Below, piece by piece: positions 1-7,980 of a stretch of DNA of 58,358 nucleotides. The translations under genes were made by a program, and so were the position numbers. Location of the stretch: the NCBI GenBank assembly GCA_048772705.1, contig JBLWGC010000007.1:1-58358 (forward strand), in the 5' to 3' direction. The notes beneath the pieces are model-generated. The model had not been told where the DNA came from and ran no database searches. It saw nothing but the letters and a program-made list of their open reading frames with translations. The first letter of the stretch is position 1. Every line of letters begins with the position of its first letter. Source of the DNA: Leidyana gryllorum EB-2025a (Eukaryota; Protista; Apicomplexa).

Positions 1-2
1 CG

Positions 3-212
3 TCACTCTTCCAACTTACCGTCGACCACGTGGAGAAGAACGAAGGGCAGTGGCTACGAGAGAGGCCTTTGAATCGGGGCTGGCCCAAGGACGTTACTGT
101 GGAGGATGTCGTCTTGCAGGGGCGAGCGCGGGTGGAAGATCCGCTACGACCCACGGCGGACGGCCCGCCCGCTAAGAAGCGCCGCGCGCCCTCTAGAGTG
201 GTAATCGATTGA
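3..212 (+). CDS. 3' end of a gene entering from the left; unknown protein with a basic NLS-like motif (PPAKKRR)
   Basis: Frame is open from the window edge (SLFQLTVDHVEKNEGQWLRE...) to TGA at 210-212; no recognisable domain. Confidence 0.4.
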   Translation, partial: SLFQLTVDHVEKNEGQWLRERPLNRGWPKDVTVEDVVLQGRARVEDPLRPTADGPPAKKRRAPSRVVID

Positions 213-409
213 GGGACGCGGCGGGAGGGGAGCTGAGCGGTCAGGCGCAGTGAGGCAAAACGCGAAGGCAATGTTATGTCGCCGACATCCTTTTAGTCTT
301 TTGTAAATAGATCAGAGCTAGTTGATAACTAATGAGCGACACGCCTATGTTGAGTAAGCCTATAGGAACCCCCGCAGCCTCGGAGGTTAACGTGAGCCAT
401 TCACACGGC

Positions 410-1756
410 TCATTCGAGAAACGTGCTTTGGACGCAGTGAAGCGGTCTTTGGCTTAGGAGGAACCCCCCGTCACGTACACTGCCGTGATTGGTCCACACT
501 TCTTCGAATCGGGTTATCTGTGTTTCAACGGGCTGATCAATCGGGAGGCGGTCGTTCACGATCAGCGTGGCACGAATGGGCCCGGTTTGGCTACAATCGC
601 TTCCCGACTCGTAGACAAGTGGCCAATCGTCAGATGTAATGGCGATTTGATCAACCGCCAACTGCACACTTGCCTCCCTCTCTCCTCCCTCCAGCTTCGT
701 GATCTGGTTGAACGCCACCATCCCTCGCGGCTGAGAAAATCCCCGGACCGAGTGATCATGCCAGCTCATCAGGCAGTTGTACGTGGTATAATACTCGAAA
801 TTCCAGTGATGGTCGTTGCCGGGCCTGCTCACAGGCGCCAGAGGCGGAAAATCGGAGTCGGAGAACCCCTGCGGGATGGGTGCAGCCTGGGGATGACTGA
901 CGGTATCCTCGTCGACGTTCCTAACACCGAATCTCCGTACGTCGGAGTTGTCCGACGACACAGCCTCCACACAATCCGCCGAGCGAGTCGCACCATCAGG
1001 GAGGCTCACCCAAGAAGAGACAGTGTGGCTCAGTTGCCAGTCCACCAAGTCGATTGGCCCACTTCGGGCGCGCCCCAGGATGCACAGCGACTTCGCAGAG
1101 ATCGCCACCCGTCCTCCCGCACAGATGATGCCACGCTGCAGAATGGAATCCGCCCCCTGCTTCCGGCCGTTGCTAACGCGCACATCGCCTGTACTCGCGA
1201 CCAACCCGTTGACCTGGTAAAAGTTATCGCACTTGATCACCACCTCCCCCTTTCCGATCTCATCGAAGGCGGCAACCATAGACTCCTTGGTCTTGTAGTC
1301 AACCACCTTTCGTGCGCTCACACTGCACGTCACCCCGTTCCACACTCGTCTGCCGGCGAGGGTCACCGCTCGACCGATCAGCCTCCCCTCGTCGTTGAAA
1401 ATCTTCACTGCCCCGACATGGAGATGCCCCGCGGATATGAACGTGCCTCTGTTAACCACCAGTTTTGAGGCTTTTAGAGACACGCCTCCCCCCGCCGAGA
1501 TCGTTCCCACGTTGGTGATGGTGGGTGCCTCGAGCACCAGAGGTTGGAGGAAAGATACGTCGGCATCGAGGTTCACGGGTTGAGTTGCTCGGACGTGGAG
1601 TCGAGCGCTGATGACCGTCGGCCGGTTGACGATCAGGCGATCCACCTCGATGGTCAGATCGCCGCTTCTGTTGGCCAGATCTCTCAAATTGATCTGTTTG
1701 GCACGAAGGAGTGGTGCCTTCTGATCAGTCGTAGTGGTGCTGTTGATTTGGTTCAT
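410..1756 (-). CDS. Intronless 448-aa protein with N-terminal filamentous-haemagglutinin-like beta-helical repeats
   Basis: ATG-started ORF; periodic ~20-aa units (LVLEAPTITNVGTISAGG / VSLKASKLVVNRGTFISAG / LHVGAVKIFNDEGRLIG) resemble FHA/CdiA repeats; no obvious signal peptide. Confidence 0.6.
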   Translation of the reverse strand: MNQINSTTTTDQKAPLLRAKQINLRDLANRSGDLTIEVDRLIVNRPTVISARLHVRATQPVNLDADVSFLQPLVLEAPTITNVGTISAGGGVSLKASKLVVNRGTFISAGHLHVGAVKIFNDEGRLIGRAVTLAGRRVWNGVTCSVSARKVVDYKTKESMVAAFDEIGKGEVVIKCDNFYQVNGLVASTGDVRVSNGRKQGADSILQRGIICAGGRVAISAKSLCILGRARSGPIDLVDWQLSHTVSSWVSLPDGATRSADCVEAVSSDNSDVRRFGVRNVDEDTVSHPQAAPIPQGFSDSDFPPLAPVSRPGNDHHWNFEYYTTYNCLMSWHDHSVRGFSQPRGMVAFNQITKLEGGEREASVQLAVDQIAITSDDWPLVYESGSDCSQTGPIRATLIVNDRLPIDQPVETQITRFEEVWTNHGSVRDGGFLLSQRPLHCVQSTFLE

Positions 1757-1799
1757 CTCGAAGTTCTGTTGTGAATGATAAGTGTTCTAAGCAAGGTAC

Positions 1800-1855
1800 T
1801 CACACAACACACACACAACACACACTACTGCACCACACACCACTGCACCACACAG
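1800..1855. repeat. CA-rich low-complexity tract upstream of the FHA-like gene
   Basis: cacacaacacacacacaacacacac...caccacacaccactgcaccacac. Confidence 0.8.
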
Positions 1856-2876
1856 TTTTCCGACTTTGTAGCACAGACATGGATCGCCGTACACGCGGCC
1901 GATACCATACGCCAGTATTCGCGTTCCTTGCAACAGGCCACCAGATCATAATTGTTACAGTAATTACCATCAGTCAATACTTTCCGATTAGCAAAGCCGT
2001 ATCCACGGCAACAGTTGGATAAGTTGTATAGCGTGTAGCCGTTGGTTAGTCGGGGTCACATTATGTTTCTCTCTTGCTTTCCCTCTCGAGCCCGCTTATG
2101 AGGTCCCCACGTTGAAAGACCCGCTGTTATTCCAAATATTGATCGGACACCACTGCTCTCGACTCGCCGGCCCCGCTCTGCTCCCATATCAGTACCTTCC
2201 AGACTGTGACCGGCACGAGTACCTCCGAATACTCTCGTTATATGGACACTGAACGCTTCCATCTGTCTCTAAACTGCTCGGAAGTGGCGTTCCGACAGCC
2301 GGAGATACAACATAGCTTTCAACGCTGAGAACTTGACATCCCAAGGGCCCTTGAACACTTACGCAACAATCCAACGTCCGGCGAAGATATTGCAGCCGGC
2401 TGTCGATGTGTGACGTTCAACCCAATCGACTACCACCCCTGAGATTGACAGTGAGACAGAGACTGGAGGCACTCATTACAACACCCCTTTTCGGTAAGTA
2501 AATGGTTACAGTCCCGCCAGCCGCAGTCTGTGGATCGTTGGAATCATTTGAGCGACTTTGCCGTCTGCGGGAGAACGAGAATTCGAACAGACGAGCCCGG
2601 CCGTACGCAGTCCCGGGCGTTGGTTTTCCTGTGAGGTTTTCCTCACACGTATCCGAATGTTCAGATAGAGATTCATACAAAAACACAATGCCTACCGGCA
2701 ACATCGTGTACATCACAAACAAGCGTCCTCGCCAAAGGTCGGACCTCATTGAGTGTCCACCTCCGTCTTGGACACTGCTAACCACGACTGTGTGGTCCTC
2801 TATTGAGAATGCGAGGACCCAACTAGTGCCCACCAAAAGGCATTCTTCAAGAACTCGCGGTGGTGAGCAAAGCTCT

Positions 2877-3050
2877 TCACCTCCTTAGGGAGGTGAGTGG
2901 CTTTCACTCGCTTCGTGCTGAGAGATACGGCGACTGCGGTGGAACTTTTTAGTTCCATTGCGGTCGTTGTGTCAAGCGGGGAGAGTATTCATTAGCCGAT
3001 AGTTAGGACGTCATTTTGATGTCAGTCTGCCCCAAACAGACTGCTTTTCC
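2877..3050 (+). ncRNA. Putative structured RNA core, copy 1
   Basis: TCACCTCC-TTAG-GGAGGTGA hairpin; 23-bp stem 2924-2946/2951-2973 with 6 G-U pairs; enclosing stem 2900-2913/2974-2986; GACGTCA/TGATGTC hairpin; CAGTCTG-7nt-CAGACTG hairpin then a T-tract. Confidence 0.5.
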
Positions 3051-4007
3051 TTTGTGCTTAATTACGAACCAATGTGTATATCTCCGATTATTCAAAAGCC
3101 TCCGTAACCCCTCCGCATCACTTCATCCGGTAATACTTTGCCAAGTAACAGCGGCGTCTCCGTGATAACCCTCCGCGCGATCAATCAGAATACTTTTGGA
3201 TCGGGAATCTCGATGGTCTCTTGACCTCCTCGAAAATTCCGAACGCTTTTTGGCCACTTTTGCGCAAAGCCATTGTTACTGTCTCCGTCTGATCGGGTCA
3301 CTCGCCACTTAGCCTTTGAGAGATGGACAGAACACTCAGTGCAACTCGATGAGACAGAGGCGGTGGCGTAAAGTCATTGAGAGACGGTGGTTAACGGACA
3401 GATCAGTGGCATTGGGGTTTAAAACGGAGTCTCGTTCGATAGCCGGAGACACGATTGATAGACTGACGACGGTGAGACTCCGAAAGGGGCCACCATTCGT
3501 TTGTTGGAAAGAGACGTTATAACGAGTGCTTCCAGTCTGTCTCACTCTCAATTTAAGCGATGGCGGTCGCTTGGGCCGGGCCGCACGTCAACCGGCTGCA
3601 CTATCTTTACCAAAGTTCGATCTTTGCGGGACTGTCCGAAACTGCTGACGGCCCGCAGTCTGTGGACCGTTGGAACCACTCCAACGACTATGAAATTACG
3701 GATTAATGAGATGGGGAAAACGCGTGCGACCGTAAGAGGCCACCCGCTGGATTTCCGTGAGGCTTTCCCCCACACGTGTTCGGTGTTCGTGCATCGATAC
3801 ACATCAAAAAGCATGCAGTTAGGAAACGTCGTGTTCATACGCAATCGCGGAATCCGTCCACGGGGCAGTTCGGATCCTTTTCAAAGTCCGCCTCCGTCTT
3901 GGACCCTTCTGACCACGACTGTGTGGTCCTCCATTGAGAATGCGAGGACCGAACTTCTGACCACCAAAAGGCATTCTTCAAGAACTCGCAGTGGTGAGCA
4001 AAGCTCT

Positions 4008-4181
4008 TCACCTCCTTAGGGAGGTGAGTGGCTTTCACTCGCTTCGTGCTGAGAGATACGGCGACTGCGGTGGAACTTTTTAGTTCCATTGCGGTCGTTG
4101 TGTCAAGCGGGGAGAGTATTCATTAGCCGATAGTTAGGACGTCATTTTGATGTCAGTCTGCTACCACCAGACTGCTTTTCC
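4008..4181 (+). ncRNA. Putative structured RNA core, copy 2
   Basis: Same stems as copy 1; terminal loop CTACCAC. Confidence 0.5.
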
Positions 4182-5250
4182 TTTGTGCTTAATTACGAAC
4201 CAATGCGTATTTCTCCTATTATTCAAAAGCCTCCGTAACTCCTCCGCATCACTTCATCCGGTAATACTTTGCCAAGTAATAGCGGCGTCTCCGTGATAAC
4301 CCTCCGCGCGATCGATCTGAATACTTTTGGATCGGGAATCTCGATGGTCTCTTGACCTCCTCGAAAATTCCGAACGTTTTTTGGCCACTTTTGCGCAAAG
4401 CCATTGTTACTGTCTCCGTCTGATCGGGTCACTCGCCACTTAGCCTTTGAGAGATGGACAGACAGCGTAGTTAGTGCAACTCGATGAGACAGAGGGGAGC
4501 GGGGCAACATGGAGGGCAGATGATTGTCTGTCATACACTGAATCCAACTCTGCCGACAGAAACTTGAACTGTCCAATGAGTCAAGAAGCTTTCCGCCACT
4601 TCATTGGCGTTGACACAGCCGCCAAAGGTGGTATCCCCGTTATCCCCTCCGCCCTTTGAACCCATGTTTGGGATTGCTGCGGAACCAGAACGTGCGAGAA
4701 CCCAACTTCCTTTCCCTTCCCATTGCTTTCAGATCTCGCCGAAGCTGAGGCTTCTGCACTCTGAAGAGATCTCGGCGACGGTGTCTTCGTGCACTCTCTA
4801 TTCTTCGGAAGTCCAACGGTGTTTCAACCGTTGTTGGGACTCATCGGAGTTTCAATAGCTCTCAGATCGATTGCCACACGGCAAGCGGAGTGATGGTACA
4901 ACGAATGATCACTCTTCCCGCGAGCCACGGCTCGTGGATCATTAGATACATCGATTGACTCCGGACTTTGTCCAACGCAACATGGAACGAGGGAATCGCT
5001 GGTTTTCCCGTGAGGTTTTCCCCACAAGTGACCTTTATCGAATTGAATAGATACGAAAACTAGAATGCGCGGTACAGTCGTGTTCATACCAAACACAAAG
5101 AAACTAAAAGTTTCTAACATCATTGAGTGTCCGTGTCCAACGTGGACACTGCTAACCACGACTGTGTGGTCCTCCATGGAGAATGCGAGGACCCAACCTT
5201 TTGCCACCAAAAGGCATTCTTCAGGAACTCGCGGTGGTGAGCAAAATTAC

Positions 5251-5423
5251 TCACCTCCTTAGGGAGGTGAGTGGCTTTCACTCGCTTCGTGCTGAGAGAT
5301 ACGGCGACTGCGGTGGACTTTTTAGTTCCATTGCGGTCGTTGTGTCAAGCGGGCAGAGTATTCATTAGTCCATAGTTAGGACGTCATTTTGATGTCAGTC
5401 TGCCCCAAACAGACTGCTTTTGC
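5251..5423 (+). ncRNA. Putative structured RNA core, copy 3
   Basis: Same stems; first hairpin extended to ACTCACCTCC/GGAGGTGAGT; 1-nt deletion near the apical loop; terminal loop CCCCAAA. Confidence 0.5.
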
Positions 5424-5656
5424 TTTGTGCTTAATTACGAACCAATGTGTATATCTCCTATTATTCAAAAGCCTCCGTAATCCCGCATCACTTCATCCGG
5501 TAATACTTTGCCAAGTAATAGCGGCGTCTCCGTGATACCCTCCGCGCGATCGATCTGAATACTTTTGGATCGGGAATCTCGATGGTCGCTCGACCTCCTC
5601 GAAAATTCCGAACGTTTTTTGGCCACTTTTGCGCCAAGGCATTGTTACTGTCTCCG

Positions 5657-5980
5657 TGATTAGTGAAAAGGGTGTGCGTAGCCCTAGCTAGGTGTGACCC
5701 TTAGGGTTAAACTACTGCTTTGGAAGAATTTTTGTTTTTGAACTGCATGCTATGATATGATCTAGTTAGTGTTCCGGCCGGGCTAACACGGAGACACCGG
5801 GTCGACAAACACGCACGTGTGCTTCGCACGGATTAAACTTACTTCTTAGATTGAACTGCAGGATGGCCAGAGATGGACTAGGAGCAAGGCAGGTACCGAT
5901 CCAGAGGATGATCAAAGCCCTTCTGTCGACCTCCCAGCAGATCCGGCCGACAATCAACCGGTACAACTAATACCGGTTCA
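5657..5980. mobile_element. Solo LTR (324 bp) with 5-bp target-site duplication CTCCG
   Basis: Begins TG(A), ends (T)CA; CTCCG at 5652-5656 and 5981-5985; the empty site tgtctccgtctgatcggg is present at the 3281 and 4412 junctions. Confidence 0.85.
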
Positions 5981-6663
5981 CTCCGTCTGATCGGGTCAGT
6001 CGCCACTAAGCCTTCGAGAGACCGACAGAACACTCAGTGCAGCTCGATGAGACAGAGGCGGTGCCGTAGAATCATTGAGAGACGGTGGTTAACGGACAGA
6101 TCAGTGGCATTGGGGTTCAAAACGGAGTCTCGTCCGATAGCCGGAGACACGATTGATAGACTGACGACGGTGAGATAACGAGTGCTTCCACTCTGTCTCG
6201 CTCTCAATTTAAGAGATGGCGGTCGCTTGGGCCGGGCCGCACGTCAACCGGCTGCACTATCTTTACCAAAGTTCGATCTTTGCGGGACTGTCCGAAACTG
6301 CTGACGGCCCGCAGTCTGTGGACCGTTGGAACCACTCCAACGACTATGAAATTACGGATTAATGAGATGGGGAAAACGCGTGCGACCGTAAGAGGCCACC
6401 CGCTGGATTTCCGTGAGGCTTTCCCCCACACGTGTTCGGTGTTCGTGCATCGATACACATCAAAAAGCATGCAGTTAGGAAACGTCGTGTTCATACGCAA
6501 TCGCGGAATCCGTCCACCGGGCAGTTCGGATCCTTTTCAAAGTCCGCCTCCGTCTTGGACCCTTCTGACCACGACTGTGTGGTCCTCCATTGAGAATGCG
6601 AGGACCGAACTTCTGACCACCAAAAGGTATGCATCAAGAACTCGCGGTGGTGAGCAAAGCTCT

Positions 6664-6837
6664 TCGCCTCCTTAGGGACGTGAGTGGCTTTCACTCGCTT
6701 CGTGCTGAGAGATACGGCGACTGCGGTGGAACTTTTTAGTTCCATTGCGGTCGTTGTGTCAAGCGGGGAGAGTATTCATTAGTCCATAGTTAGGACGTCA
6801 TTTTGATGTCAGTCTGCGCCAATCAGACTGCTTTTGC
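6664..6837 (+). ncRNA. Putative structured RNA core, copy 4
   Basis: Same stems; terminal loop CGCCAAT. Confidence 0.5.
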
Positions 6838-7806
6838 TTTGTGCTTAATTACGAACCAATGTGTATATCTCCTATTATTCAAAAGCCTCCGTAACCCCTC
6901 CGCATCACTTCATCCGGTAATACTTTGCCAAGTAATAGCGGCGTCTCCGTGATAACCCTCCGCACGATCAATCAGAATACTTTTGGATCGGGAATCTCGA
7001 TGGTCTCTTGACCTCCTCGAAAATTCCGAACGTTTTTTGGCCACTTTCGCGCAAAGGCATTGTTACTGTCGCCGTCTGATCGGGTCAGTCGCCACTTAGC
7101 CTTCCAGAGATGAACAGAACAGTCAGTGCAGCTCGATGAGACAGATGCAGGCGTAGAGTCATTGAGAGACGGTAATTCATAGACACTTAAGAGGATTGGG
7201 GTCCAACACGGAGTCTCGTCCGATACGCGGACACACGAAAGAGCGATGGACGTACAACGGTGACACTCTCAATCTGAAGAGGCCTCAGACACGCAGAAAT
7301 CCCAATTCCAGCGGAGATATCGCAGTCGGCTGTCAGATATTCACGTGCGGCCGATGCGACTGCCCTCCCTTAATTAACAGTGAGACAAAGACTGGAAGCA
7401 GTCATTACAAAGTCTCTTTTCGGTGATTAAATGGTTACAATTCCCGCCAGCCGCAGTCTGTGGATCGTTGGAATCATTTGAGCGACTTTGCCGTCTGCGG
7501 GAGAACGAGAATTCGAACAGACGAGCCCGGCCGTACGCAGTCCCGGGCGTTGGTTTTCCTGTGAGGTTTTCCTCACACGTATCCGAATGTTCAGATAGAG
7601 ATTCATACAAAAACACAATGCCTACCGGCAACATCGTGTACATCACAAACAAGCGTCCTCGTCAAAGGTCGGACCTCATTGAAGGTCCACCTCCGTCTTG
7701 GACACTGCTAACCACGACTGTGTGGTCCTCTATTGAGAATGCGAGGACCCAACTAGTGCCCACCAAAAGGCATTCTTCAAGAACTCGCGGTGGTGAGCAA
7801 AGCTCT

Positions 7807-7980
7807 TCGCCTCCTTAGGGAGGTGAGTGGCTTTCACTCGCTTCGTGCTGAGAGATACGGCGACTGCGGTGGAACTTTTTAGTTCCATTGCGGTCGTTGT
7901 GTCAAGCGGGGAGAGTATTCATTAGCCCATAGTTAGGACGCCATTTTAATGACAGTCTGCCACAACCAGACTGCTTTTCC
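7807..7980 (+). ncRNA. Putative structured RNA core, copy 5
   Basis: Same main stems (A>G change in the first hairpin keeps a G-U pair); terminal loop CCACAAC. Confidence 0.5.

Noticed and set aside
485-1468. 327-aa + strand ORF
   Set aside because: Antisense shadow of the FHA-like gene; no ATG start and no motifs.
2762-2776. ccgtcttggacac resembling the LSU rRNA motif CCGTCTTGAAACAC
   Set aside because: No other rRNA core motifs follow, and variation here is at synonymous codon positions.
2915-2990. SECIS element explaining the in-frame TGAs
   Set aside because: No UGAN/NGAN quartet on both arms and no apical AA; frameshifts and TAA/TAG stops also occur.
3255-3275. U4 snRNA-like GCTTTGCGCA on the minus strand
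   Set aside because: Only a 10-nt match, not conserved in copies 3 and 4, with no downstream U4 features.
3288-3355. Hammerhead or HDV ribozyme (retrozyme-like unit)
   Set aside because: No intact CUGANGA/GAAA core or HDV topology found by eye.
5690-5712. Telomeric repeat (ccctag, ttagggtta)
   Set aside because: Isolated hexamers inside the solo LTR, not a tandem tract.
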